A stretch of DNA of 63,557 nt, filler included, from Octopus bimaculoides (taxonomy: Eukaryota), in the NCBI RefSeq assembly GCF_001194135.2. It is 9 parts of 7 records of this genome, joined end to end, with 100 filler letters (N's around TTAATTAATTAA, not from the genome) between each part and the next. Parts side by side here need not be neighbours in the genome. Positions count along the whole stretch, not along the records: positions 1 to 17,966 come from NC_068984.1; positions 18,067 to 23,028 come from NC_068981.1; positions 23,129 to 26,031 come from NC_068996.1; 6 more parts are not named here. One strand, 5' to 3'. Below, in pieces: positions 12,680 to 23,197 of this stretch. A model generated the notes under the pieces. It saw nothing but the letters and a program-made list of their open reading frames with translations. It did no database searches and was not told where the DNA came from. Position 1 is the first letter of the stretch. Each line of letters begins with the position of its first letter. A program made the translations under genes and the position numbers.

Positions 12680-12876
12680 TTTCTAATTTTGGCATAAACC
12701 CAGCAATTTTGAGGGAGGAGGCAAATCAATAACATCAACCCCAGTACTTCACTGGTTGGTACTTTACTTTATTGACGCCAGAAGAATGAAAGACAAAGTT
12801 CACTTCAGCAGGATTCAAACTCGGAACATAAAGAGTTAGAATAAATAATACAAAACATTTTGTCCAAAGCTCCAAT
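12680..12876 (-). mobile_element. tRNA-derived SINE, family B
   Basis: CCCCAGTACTT..TGGTACTT..TTTTATTGAC..GAATGAAAGACAAAGT..GGATTCAAACTC core. Confidence 0.7.
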
Positions 12877-12906
12877 GAACTTTAATAATAATAATAATAA
12901 TAATAA

Positions 12907-13111
12907 CTTCCAAATTTTTCCACAAAGGCAGCTTGAGGGAGGGGATTAAGTCAATTACATTGACCCCAATGCATAACTGGTACTTATTTTATCAACCCCG
13001 AAAGGATGAAAGGCAATGTTGACCTTGGCAGAATTTGAACTCAGGACGTAGTGGCAGGCAAAATACAGTTAAGCATTTCACCCAGCGTGCTAATGATTCT
13101 GCCACCTCACC
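12907..13111 (-). mobile_element. tRNA-derived SINE, family B
   Basis: GACCCCGAAAGGATGAAAGGC..GACCTTGGCAGAATTTGAACTC (B box on minus strand) and GCTAATGATTCTGCC (A box region). Confidence 0.8.
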
Positions 13112-13150
13112 ATGATGATGATGATGATGATGATGATGATAATAATAATA

Positions 13151-13612
13151 CGTCTAGGACTTTGACTTCCAGACAGACAAGGTATTAGAGCACCGAAGGC
13201 CAGATTTAGTAACCTTTAGGAGGGACAAACAAGAGTGCCTAATAATCGATGTGGCAGTGCCAGGAGATCAATATATCATGAAAGAAAAGGAAAAAGTTGA
13301 TAAGTATGGAGACTTGAGAATTGAGATTGCCAAGACGTGGTAAACATAAAGGTTGTCCTTGTTGTCATCAGAGAATAGGGTTCAATACCACCCAAGCCAA
13401 AGAAACATCTGGAAACTTTAGAAATACCCTACAATCTAGATGTATTGCAAAAACCAGCATTACTTGGAACTGCACGCATATTGCGTAAAGTATTGTCAAT
13501 CTGAGGTCCTTGGTGGGACTTGACAAACAGTACAAACCCTTGGCAGACACGATATCTTCAATCAACATCACAATTGGATACTGTGCGACGTCTTAAATAT
13601 TAAGAATAAAAT
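13151..13612 (+). mobile_element. R4/Dong-like non-LTR retrotransposon 3' fragment (RLE domain + 3'UTR)
   Basis: Reads DFDFQTDKVLEHRRPDLVTFRRDKQECLIIDVAVPGD...DKYGDLRIEIAKTW...LGTARILRKVLSI*; PD-(D/E)xK nuclease signature; (AAT)n on both sides. Confidence 0.85.
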
Positions 13613-13638
13613 TAATAATAATAATAATAATAATAATA

Positions 13639-14100
13639 CCAGACATAACTATTAAAGACACGAAAGAAAATACTTGTAGACTAATGGATGTAAGTGTTTC
13701 CACTGATAAAAATATACCTGTAAAAGAATTTGACAAACTTAATAACTATAAGGACCTGGAAATTGAAATACAAAAGATGTGGCATCTTAAAGCGGGAACT
13801 GTTCCTGTTATTGTGGGTGCCCTAGGTATGATTAAAAAAAGGAATGTCAGAAAGATCTAGATAAGATCCCAGGAGAACCATGTCTCAAAGAAATCTAAAA
13901 AATTGTGCTAACAAGTACTGCTGATATCCTTAGAAAAACCTTATCAATTTAAAGATTTGTGTTGTATTATATGAAGCTATTTCTCTACTGCCTTTACCAC
14001 TTTTCCTCCCCAAGCTTTCAGCTATAGTTCAGCATCTCTTAACCTTTGCTTGCTGGGTGTGTCTCGGCAGGTGATGCAACAAACATGCTAAACTAAAAGT
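13639..14100 (+). mobile_element. Second R4/Dong-like RLE 3' fragment (different subfamily)
   Basis: Reads PDITIKDTKENTCRLMDVSVSTDKNIPVKEFDKLNNYKDLEIEIQKMWHLKAGTVPVIVGALGMIKK...ILRKTLSI*; begins immediately after (AAT)n. Confidence 0.85.
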
Positions 14101-14124
14101 AAATAACAATGATAATAACTACAA

Positions 14125-14320
14125 CTCTTTCTCCCTTAGGCACAAAGCCTGAAATATTGGGGGAATAGGACCAGTTGATTGCCACTGGTACTAACCATGA
14201 AAGGATGAAGAAATAAATTAATCTTAGCAGAATTTGAATTTAGAATGTAAAACTGGAAGAAATGCTGCCAAGAGTTTTCTCTGGTGTGCTGACCATTCTA
14301 CCAGCTTGCTGCCTTTAATC
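14125..14320 (-). mobile_element. tRNA-derived SINE, family B (diverged)
   Basis: GGCACAAAGCCTGAAAT...GAAAGGATGAA...GCAGAATTTGAAT...TCTACCAGCTTGCTGCCTT. Confidence 0.65.
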
Positions 14321-14334
14321 AATGATAAAGGGAT

Positions 14335-14540
14335 TGAATTTTGGCACAAAACCAGCAATTTTGAGAGAATGAGTAAGACACTTACATTGACATCCCCCCC
14401 CCCCCAGTGCTTGATTAGTATTTATTTTATTAACCTTAAAAGAATGGAAAGGCAAAGTTGATCTTGGCAACATTTGAACTCAGAATGTAAAGTCAGAAAA
14501 AATGCATTTTGTCTGACAGTAATGATTCAGTCAGATTGTC
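14335..14540 (-). mobile_element. tRNA-derived SINE, family B (diverged)
   Basis: TTTTGGCACAAAACCAGCAATTTTGAG...GGAAAGGCAAAGTTGATCTTGGCAACATTTGAACTCAGAA. Confidence 0.65.
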
Positions 14541-15180
14541 ATAAGAACAGATTAGAATACTATAATCCTATATATCCTTAGAAAGACAGAGATGGTCACA
14601 TGTCTAATGCATTTGATAACATTAGGGCTCAATTAGAGTTGACCCCAGGGTTAAGCAACCAAGATATTCTTTCTTTCTTTATTGTTTCCTTCATTTTCTT
14701 TTTCTTTTTTTTATATTTCTAAAGATTCTTTTCCATCTTACTCCCTTTTTTTTCAATTCTTGACAATATTTGATTTGATGCAATTCTCAAACTGGTTTAA
14801 CCACTCTTCTCATTCTTCAGTGTTTGGGTAATGTATACAAACTTTGGCAGCTGCTCTGCACACAGTGAAGGATTATGCCACACCATTTCATTGATCTTCT
14901 ATTGCGAATTGAGACATTGTTAGCTATATTTAGAAAGCAATCATAAAAGGTTTTAATGCCAATGATTCTTATTTATTTCTTCAGTAAATATTTTATTTTT
15001 TAAATAAATTGTGGTATAATGGAGGACATTTTTTCTTTCCTTCTTTTTGATTTAAAATTATCTTAAATGGGATTATTTCTTCCTAACTCTTCTGTCTGTC
15101 ATTTACTTAACATTATGGAGGAAGGAGGGGTAGAAGAATGAGAAGAAGCAAAATAATAATAATAATAACAACAACAACAA

Positions 15181-15935
15181 CAGATGAACAAAAGGCAATC
15201 TACGACAGAATAAAGACAAGACTACAGGAGAATGACAGCGACATTATTTGCAACCTTAAAAAGGTTGGTCGATGGAAACTGAACCAGGAAACGAAAAATG
15301 TCAATGAAATTCTGAAATACATCAGAACAAACAACATCAGAGAAACAAATAATTTGATCAAGGCAGCAAGTATTGTTGTAGCAGAAAATGTGGATGTTGA
15401 TGTCAAGAAAAAGAAATATAATGAGAGTGACAAAAGAAAAGATCCATAGTGGAAAAGAAGAAACCAGGCAGGGTTAGATATGCTCTCAAAGGAAATCTCT
15501 GTGTTAGACCGAAAAGAAAAAGGGGAGCTTAAAAGCGAACAAAAATACAGGGCGCTGAAAAGGAAGTATAATATTGAAAGAAAGTGGTAATGGATGAACT
15601 GAAACAGTGCCTCATTGCAAAGAAAGCAAAGATGGTAGGATACGACCAAAGAATGAAGGGTTACCACCAGAATAGGTCATTCAGAGTAGATCAGAAGAGA
15701 TTCTACAGAGAAATAAATGGAGATAGAAGAGACTGGCTATAAGTACTTGGGGATTTTGGAAATGGATAAATTGATGGAGAAAGAAATAACAAAAATTTTA
15801 AGTGGAGTACTTGCACAGACTGAGACTGGTCTTTAAGTCAAAATTAAACGGAAGGAATAAGATTGAAACTATCAACACCTGGGCAGTTTTACTACTTAGA
15901 TACGGAGCAGGGGTAATTGCATGGACAGTAGATTG
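15181..15935 (+). mobile_element. R4/Dong-like retrotransposon remnant with RT core deleted
   Basis: Pre-RT region (TNNLIKAASIVVAE, KDP*WKRR, QNRSFRVDQKRFYREING) joined near 15721-15737 to post-RT YKYLGILE...RLRLVFKSKLNGRNKIETINTWAVLLLRYGAGVIAW; stops and frameshifts. Confidence 0.8.
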
Positions 15936-16316
15936 ATCTCAAGCAACATTTGATGCATGCGTGTGTGTGTGTGTGAGGAAGATGGAAGATTATAGAAGTG
16001 TTACTTACTTGCTAATATGTTACCTTTGGCATTCAATGTACTAGTTTCCTCATCATATTCCGTTACGAAATTATAACATGGGTTTTTCCACATGTCAGGT
16101 AAATGGTTGCATTTTGCCTTTGTTTCAGCTGTGAATAAAGATTAAATAAAATGTTTAATTTATGTGCATGGTGCATGTATGTGTGTACATAATATAAGTG
16201 TAAACAACAAACATAAACTAAGAGAAATAACTGACTATGGCCAATGGCATGAATTTGCACAACATCAATAAATAAACCTCTATTAAATGCCATACACTAT
16301 CCCTTCCTTCAGGCCC

Positions 16317-16320
<4 letters not shown>

Positions 16321-16386
<66 letters not shown>
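16321..16386. repeat. (AAT)n microsatellite
   Basis: Directly visible. Confidence 0.95.
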
Positions 16387-16387
<1 letters not shown>

Positions 16388-16389
16388 TG

Positions 16390-17700
16390 TAAAGGCTTGC
16401 CCCAACTCCTTTAATAACACCACAGCTAGAACTGATGTAAGGGGAATAACCCTGTTCCACCTGAGCGAGTGTTTATTGCATTTTCAGTGTTTATTGCTCT
16501 GTAGAGTCACTCGTTTGTGAACCCTCAGCATCTTTCCATTATTTCAATATAATTCCACCACTTCAGTATATTTTTGCTCTCTTGTTGGCCTTCTCTGTAC
16601 AATCCTTCCAGGCAATGGAGAGTTCTAATGAAACTGGAACCACCTATTTGGATTCTTCCAAGATCAGAATTATAACCAGAGGAGGTGGACCTACTAGCTG
16701 ATGTCAGCTTCACAAGGATGCCTTGACAATAGTGATGGTCGTCTTGGTTGAGATTGCGGTATTTGTGCAGATGACGTCTACTATAACCTTCAACGCATTA
16801 AAAAGCCTTACTGAGGGTTTTTGGACAACCATTGAGCTGTGCTCAGGAGTCTCTGTCCACAGAAACAAGGCACAACTAATGCCCACCTTTGCCCAGCAGA
16901 AGCTGGATGACTATAGTAGCAAGTCAGAGACTAACTGAGTCAAGAATTTAATTCAATGGAGGCTCCACTTTCGAAAGCTAAGTCAACGAGTCTTTGTATT
17001 TAGACTGTTTATGCTGATTTAACTAGGCTCCCTCCTGTTGTATTCCAACAATCTTGCTGACTTGATCCTCCTCAGTTGACATTTCGAGATCAATGATTCA
17101 TCTTTTCTTGGCTCCCAGTCATACTGATGTGTTCTACTGCAACCCTTCCATGAGATATTACACCCACCACCAGTACTCTGCACCTTAGCCATCACAACAG
17201 ATTCAGTTGCCCTCTACTTCTACCCTATTCTGGCCTCCATACCAACCGGAGAAACTTTTGAGTCACAAAATTCTCAGTATTGCAACACATCCCTAGCAAA
17301 TTGCACCATGATTTCGTTTTTCAGGCTGGTGATGAGGAACTTCAAATTATAATGTGTAACCTATTCAGAATGATGCAGTTTAAACTTAGAGATAATACCA
17401 GTACTTCTGTAGGAACTGACTGACTCTCCTCTGAAAGCTCTCGCCCACAGATATTTAAACCTCAAAGGCCAAGAGGGATTGAAGAATCCAGTATTTCGCA
17501 GAGGAATTTGTGGAGGTACCATTTGATGGTTAAGGCTTGCTTTTATTTCTTTCTTCATAGGTTCCTGAATAATGTTAAATACAGCAAAGCAATTTGTGTG
17601 GTTTATATGTGATGAGTTTGATTTTTGTAAAGAGTAGATGGTATTGTCACAGCTTTGAGCGATTTTAAAATCATATTGATAACCAATGGACACAAATGAT
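16390..17700 (-). mobile_element. Degenerate Hero-like non-LTR retrotransposon (post-RT, Zn knuckle, RLE)
   Basis: Minus-strand pieces EARIG*K*RATESVVMAK (cf. EVRTGRKW.A..AV..A), IKFLTQLVSDLL (cf. IKFLI.S.YDLL), LNGCPK, and EESK*VV..LELSIAWKDCTEKAN.RAK (cf. ESKQVVLLELTVPWE...EA.ERKRAKY); heavily mutated. Confidence 0.6.
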
Positions 17701-17717
17701 TAGCTGTTCACAGATGT

Positions 17718-17966
17718 CATCATCATCATCATCATCGTTTAACGTCCGCTTTCCATGCTAGCATGGGTTGGACGATTTGACTGAGGACTGGTGAAACCGG
17801 ATGGCAACACCAGGCTCCAGTCTGATTTGGCAGAGTTTCTACAGCTGGATGCCCTTCCTAACGCCAACCACTCAGAGAGTGTAGTGGGTGCTTTTACGTG
17901 TCACCCGCACGAAAACGGCCACGCTCGAAATGGTGTCTTTTATGTGCCACCCGCACAAGCCAGTCC
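17718..17966 (-). mobile_element. RTE-type LINE 3'UTR with (GAT)n tail, young copy
   Basis: (CAT)n-CGTTTAACGTCCGCTTTCCATGCTAGCATGGGTTGGACG...CTGGATGCCCTTCCTAACGCCAACCAC; runs into a gap. Confidence 0.75.
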
Positions 17967-18010
17967 NNNNNNNNNNNNNNNNNNNNNNNNNNNNNNNNNN
18001 NNNNNNNNNN

Positions 18011-18022
18011 TTAATTAATTAA
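18011..18022. other. Assembly linker TTAATTAATTAA between N runs (also 23073, 26076, 35387, 42209, 46179, 54393, 60726)
   Basis: Identical 12-mer centred in N padding eight times; has stops in all six frames; not biological. Confidence 0.9.
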
Positions 18023-18094
18023 NNNNNNNNNNNNNNNNNNNNNNNNNNNNNNNNNNNNNNNNNNNNATATATATATCGTGTGTGTGTATGTTCA

Positions 18095-18414
18095 AGGCGC
18101 GTGGCTGAGTGGTTGGGGCATTCGGTACACTGTCGTAAGGTCGTGAGTTCGACTCCTGGCGACGCGTTGTGTCCTTGAGCAAGACACTTTATTTCACGTT
18201 GCTCCAGTTCACTCAGCTGGCAAAAATGAGTTGTACCTGTATTTCAAAGGGGGCCAGCCTTGTCAAACTGTGTGTCACGCTGAATCTCCCGCAGTACTGC
18301 GATAAGGGTACACGTGTCTGTGGAGTGCTCAGCCACTTGCACGTTAACTTCACGAGCAGGCTGTTCCGTTGATCGGATCAGCTGGGGCCCTCGTCGTCGT
18401 GACCGACGGAGTGC
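18095..18414 (+). mobile_element. tRNA-derived SINE, family C
   Basis: A box TGGCTGAGTGG, B box GAGTTCGACTCC, then GTGTCCTTGAGCAAGACACTTTATTTCAC core; related copies at 21764 and 43945. Confidence 0.8.
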
Positions 18415-18544
18415 TCCTTCTCCCTTTGATGTGTGTATGTATATATGTTATTACACACACAGAAATGTAGTCAGATACTGTATAATTAACCTTGCTGAGG
18501 TAGTGCAGGAGCGCACAGGTACACTTACACAAGTCCACATGCAT

Positions 18545-18890
18545 AAAGGGTAAATACCCCCTTCAAGCATGAATGATCATGGGATTGCAGCTAGAAGGTC
18601 CCCTTCCGAGGCACAAGTCTGGGCAAGGTTGTTCTATGGAAAACCAGCAGTCACCCATGCATACCAGCCGACCCTCTCCATGCCAGTGATGTTATCCAAA
18701 GGAAAGGCAGAGGCTGGTAAAGCTTGGCCCCAGTGACGTCGCAGTTCATTTTTGCAGCTGGGTGAACTGGAGCAACGCGAAATGAAGTCTCTGGCTTAAG
18801 AACAAAACATACAGCCCGGTCCGGGAATCGAACTCACTGCCTTGTGATTGTGAGCCTGACGCTCTAGTCACTGAGCCATGAGCCTTCACT
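18545..18890 (-). mobile_element. tRNA-derived SINE sharing the family C head with a different body (family E)
   Basis: Minus-strand B box (plus GGAATCGAACTC) and GTTGCTCCAGTTCAC.CAGCTG core, followed by a body unrelated to 18095-18414. Confidence 0.6.
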
Positions 18891-19139
18891 TATACATACA
18901 TACATACATGCATACATACATACATACATACATACATACATACATACATACGTATATGTATACGCGAAATGAAGTGTTTTACTCAAAACCACATCGCAAC
19001 ACCCGGTCCAGGATTCGAGACCACAACCTTAGATCATAAGTTCAAACATTCTAAACACTAAGTCACGCGCTCCTGCATAAGCATTGAGTGTATATGTATA
19101 CACAGCTCACACTCAGGCATGCTTACTGAATGTATACAA

Positions 19140-19184
<45 letters not shown>

Positions 19185-19186
<2 letters not shown>

Positions 19187-19592
19187 AACCACATGGTTCC
19201 GGGTTCAGTCCTACTGCGTGGCATCTTAGGCAAGTGTCTTCTACTATAGCCTCGGGCCGACCAAAGCCTTGTGAGTGGATTTGGTAGACGGAAACTGAAA
19301 GAAGCCCATCGTGTATATGTATATATATATGTGTGTGCGTATGTTTGTGTGTCTGTGTTTGTCCCCCTAGCATCGCTTGACAACCGATGGTGNNNNNNNN
19401 NNNNNNNNNNNNNNNNNNNNNNNNNNNNNNNNNNNNNNNNNNNNNNNNNNNNNNNNNNNNNNNNNNNNNNNNNNNNNNNNNNNNNNNNNNAACTTAGCGG
19501 TTCGGCAAAAGGGACCGATAGAATAAGTACTAGGCTTACAAAAAATAAGTCCCGGGGTCGATCTGCTCGACTAAAGGCGGTGCTCCAGCATG
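19185..19592 (+). mobile_element. tRNA-derived SINE, family A (5'-truncated, internal microsatellite)
   Basis: GGTTCCGGGTTCAGTCC..GGCAAGTGTCTTCTACTATAGCCTCGGGCCGACCAAAGCC...AACTTAGCGGTTCGGCAAAAG...AAGGCGGTGCTCCAGCATG. Confidence 0.85.
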
Positions 19593-20821
19593 AAGAGTAT
19601 ATATATATATATATATATGGATAATAACAACAAGTGGAGCAAAACGCATGTCGATGAAAGTTCCTTTAATTCCTACATATATGTTTCAAAACAAATGAGG
19701 GCCATTTCACAATGAAGAAAGGGCTGGTGGAGTCATTTATTTCTCTTCAGGGAGATCATAATAAAACATGTAATAGCAAGAGAAAAACAATGCGCGTGTG
19801 CTTGTGTGGGTGTGTCCGCAATCATGTTTGTATTTCTCCGTGTCTTTGTTCTTGCGCATAACCCTAAGTCAGCTCTGATCGAGACAGACCCATCATCAAA
19901 AGCCCTTCAGTGGTGATCATACCCCTTACTACTGCCTTTAGTATTCAAAGCATCCAAAATCTTTCTCCGTTTTCCCCTGATTAAAGAAGTTCGGTTCCCA
20001 ACCATGTGATTCCGGGTTCATCAACCGCTGAAGTACTTCTGAGGCGGGGTTTTTTTTCTCACTGTTACCTCGTGTTGTGCCACGAAGTTACAGTAACCTC
20101 TAGACGGAAATTCAACGGGTCACAGTCGTCCGTACACACACACACACACACACACACACATTAACTAAAAGAGGGGTGACAGTAACTTCGAAGTTTCGGC
20201 CTACTCGTTTCCCTCATGTGTATGTGTGTTTATGTTTGTGACTGTACGTGTATGTAAACAACTGTAAACCAATGTGTCTAACCAGCTTCCCCTTGTCTTA
20301 AAAAGCTACTTAACCGATTGTTAATATATGTACCAATCTAAAATAAGCGCTGAAGATCGTTGTTTTGATCAAGAAAACCTGCAAAGCCAGTACTCCAGCA
20401 TGGCCGCAGTCCAGTGAATGAAATATGTAAAAGAGTGAGTGTATGATTTGAGGTAAGTTTACATGCTATTTCTATGAAGCTGAGCTGAGTGGCCGGTTAG
20501 ACGCACACCTGTTCGCTACTGTCTGCTATCTACCTGGTTATGTTTGTATATATGTGTGTACGCCTATTTGTAATTAAATGGATTATAAAGGGGTGTCTCT
20601 TTGCACCCGTTTGATGTCGGTATTTAGAAATTTCCGGAAACCAGCGTAATTACTACACAGAAATTGCAGACCTCCAGCTCTAACTCTGTTTCTCTATCTG
20701 TCTATCTCTGTCTCTCTCTCCCTCCCTCTCTCATTCTCTCTCTCACTCTCTCACACACACACATATACATGCACTCTTACTTTTCCCAGTGTGTGTATGT
20801 GTGTGACAAGCTATCAGTATT

Positions 20822-20985
20822 ATTTACACGCCGGACAAAATACTTCGTGGCATTTCGTCCGTCTTTGCGTTCTGAGTTCAAATTCCACCGAGGTCGACTT
20901 TGTGCTTCATCCCTATCAGGGTCGATGAAATTAAGTACCAATCGAGCACTGGGGGTCGATGTAATCGACTGCTCCCCCCCCCTTC
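20822..20985 (+). mobile_element. tRNA-derived SINE, family B
   Basis: TTCTGAGTTCAAATTCCACCGAGGTCGACTTTG..TTCATCC..GGGGTCGATGAAATTAAGTACC. Confidence 0.75.
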
Positions 20986-21763
20986 CCAACACAATGATGA
21001 TGTAGATGAGACAGAATATGATGAGGTTTGAATGACGTCGATTGAATGAACGAAGATGATGGGGAGAACGACGTTGACGATGATATTGATCACACAGAGC
21101 CAACACTTAATCATTCCAGCTATGAATAAGTAGCACTTCAGACACTTTAATAATTGTATCGCTTCCTAATATCTCTTTCTCTCTCTCTCACTCACTCTCT
21201 TTACCTCTCTCTGTCTGTCTATTTATGTATGACTATCTATCTCTTTCTCACGCTCTCTCTTTGGGTAAACTTTTGTCATTCTATCACTCTCCATACTTCT
21301 GATATTTTATCACGTTACCTCTCTAATTCTCCAATCTTTATTCTAGTGTTATGTCTTTTCTCAACCTCTCTTCACTCTTACTCGCGCAATTTCTTCATCA
21401 CTCACCCTTTCCTCCATCCCTCGTTATATTTTACTCCCTGCTCGTCTCTTACTTGATTCGCATATTAGATGACGCCTGAATTTCTCTTTTCTTTTCTCTC
21501 TCTCCCTCTCTCCAATCTTTCATTCGTCTAATAACCTTTCCGGTCTTATCTAAAATACCTTTTTCTGTTTTATTCTCCCACTTTCTTATGACTCTTGAAA
21601 TTCTTCCTGTAACCACTTTTGTCTCTTCTATGGAGCATTCAGTTGATGCGCATGAGCCAGATCTGATTAATCAAACCCAATCACCACCGTCCCTCTGACT
21701 CTGAGCTTACGTGTATAGAGTGAACGTTAAGGTCGTTTGATAATTGATATTCCACTTTCCGTG

Positions 21764-22077
21764 AAAGCCGTGGTTTTGTGCTCAAAGTATTTAGCTCACG
21801 GTCATGAGTTCAATTCCGAACGGAAGTAACTGCTTAAGTGTCCTCGAGAAAGACATTTCTATTCTCGTTACACCAGTCCACTCAGCTGGTAACAATGACT
21901 TCTACCTGTATTTCAAAGGGCCAGCCTTGTCGCAACCTGAGTCACACTGAATCCCTCTGAGCACTACGCCAAGGACACGCGTGTTTCTGCTCAGCCACTT
22001 GCACGTGAATCTCACGAGCAGGTTGTTCCAGTCATTGGGTCAACTGGAACCCTCGTTGTCGTAACCGACAGAGTGCC
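21764..22077 (+). mobile_element. tRNA-derived SINE, family C
   Basis: GAGTTCAATTCC B box; CCAGTCCACTCAGCTGG..ACCTGTATTTCAAAGGGCCAGCCTTGTC..GCTCAGCCACTTGCACGT shared with 18095-18414. Confidence 0.75.
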
Positions 22078-22109
22078 ACGTTTCTATATTTTATATTCCA
22101 TTTTCTGAA

Positions 22110-22380
22110 CAACATATGGCGTAGTGGTTAAGAGCGCGGGCTGCTAACCCCAAGATTCCGAGTTCAATTCCAGGCAGTGACCTGAATAATAATAATAATA
22201 ATAATAACAACAACAACAACAGCATCGAAAAATACCTTAGGAATGAGAACCCAGGTTCGAAATTTCCCCAAGACACCTGATGAAGGCTGGAGGGTATAAC
22301 AGCTGAAACTTTGTGTTAACAACAAACAAGATGAGGACAAATATCCGTCAAATGCAAATAATGTAAATAATGTGCATAAT
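22110..22380 (+). mobile_element. tRNA-Ser(GCT)-derived SINE with internal (AAT)/(AAC) tract and hammerhead-bearing body
   Basis: A box TGGCGTAGTGG (22117-22127), anticodon arm GCGGG-CTGCTAA-CCCCA with GCT (22143-22145), B box GTTCAATTCC (22162-22171), microsatellite about 22185-22220, body containing CTGATGA...GAAAC, tail with AAATAATG repeats. Confidence 0.75.
22273..22317 (+). ncRNA. Minimal type I hammerhead ribozyme motif (this copy probably defective)
   Basis: Stem I ACAC (22273-22276)/GTGT (22313-22316); CTGATGA (22277-22283); stem II GGCTG/CAGCT; GAAAC (22305-22309); triplet position reads TTT instead of GTH. Confidence 0.65.
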
Positions 22381-22876
22381 CCGAAGGAAGAAAATCTAGC
22401 CAACTAACTTACAGAGTTACAGTGAATGGGATACTCATTTCTGTCTCCAGAAATCAATAAGATTCGCCTCATGTTGTCTCTGCAGAATGAAATGCGTTTC
22501 ATCTCTAATTTTCTAACTCGATACTTTAAAGAATATCCGTCTAGAATAAATTATATGTGTTCCATAGAGAGACTCCGACGAATGTAAGAATCTTTTGCAG
22601 CTATGCTTCGCCTCAACTTCTTACACGAACTCAATGGTCGCTTCTGTATAGATATTTTTACTGTTCATTTGAGCGTAACCATGTTGTGGTTCGAACTCGC
22701 TTATATCAACCTTAGTACGTAAGTTAGTCTTGTAATTATTATATCGACCATATTTATCGAGTGGCTTGGTTGCGTTTTGACACGAAGGGATACATTTTGG
22801 TATGCTGTGTGTGTGTGTGTGTGTGTGTGTATGTATATATATGTGTATATATATATATATATATGTGTATATATGA

Positions 22877-22910
<34 letters not shown>

Positions 22911-22913
<3 letters not shown>

Positions 22914-23028
22914 ACCAACATCATATATTGCCTCTCCTGCTCTCTCTGCCAATCCCTGTACATCGGACAAACGGGGCGCCGCCTGGCCGACCGATTCGCG
23001 GAACACCTCCGAGATATCAACGTCGGCA
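22911..23028 (+). mobile_element. Penelope-like element GIY-YIG endonuclease fragment
   Basis: Open frame STNIIYCLSCSLCQSLYIGQTGRRLADRFAEHLRDINVG (IY.I.C..C..LYIG.T.R.L..RF.EH pattern); not in the ORF track because it lacks a Met; ends at a gap. Confidence 0.88.
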
Positions 23029-23197
23029 NNNNNNNNNNNNNNNNNNNNNNNNNNNNNNNNNNNNNNNNNNNNTTAATTAATTAANNNNNNNNNNNNNNNN
23101 NNNNNNNNNNNNNNNNNNNNNNNNNNNNTTAAGGTTATACTAAGGGGATATTATTTTAATATAATACATATGAGAGATGAATTATTTCATGTACATA

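Noticed and set aside
17064-17091. Minus-strand GATCTC-GAAA-TGTC-AA-CTGAGGA-GGATC, permuted hammerhead-like order
   Set aside because: No room for stem I and it lies within Hero-like coding sequence; likely chance.
22110-22184. tRNA-Ser gene
   Set aside because: Acceptor stem does not pair convincingly and it continues into a SINE body; treated as a SINE head, as are other tRNA-like heads.
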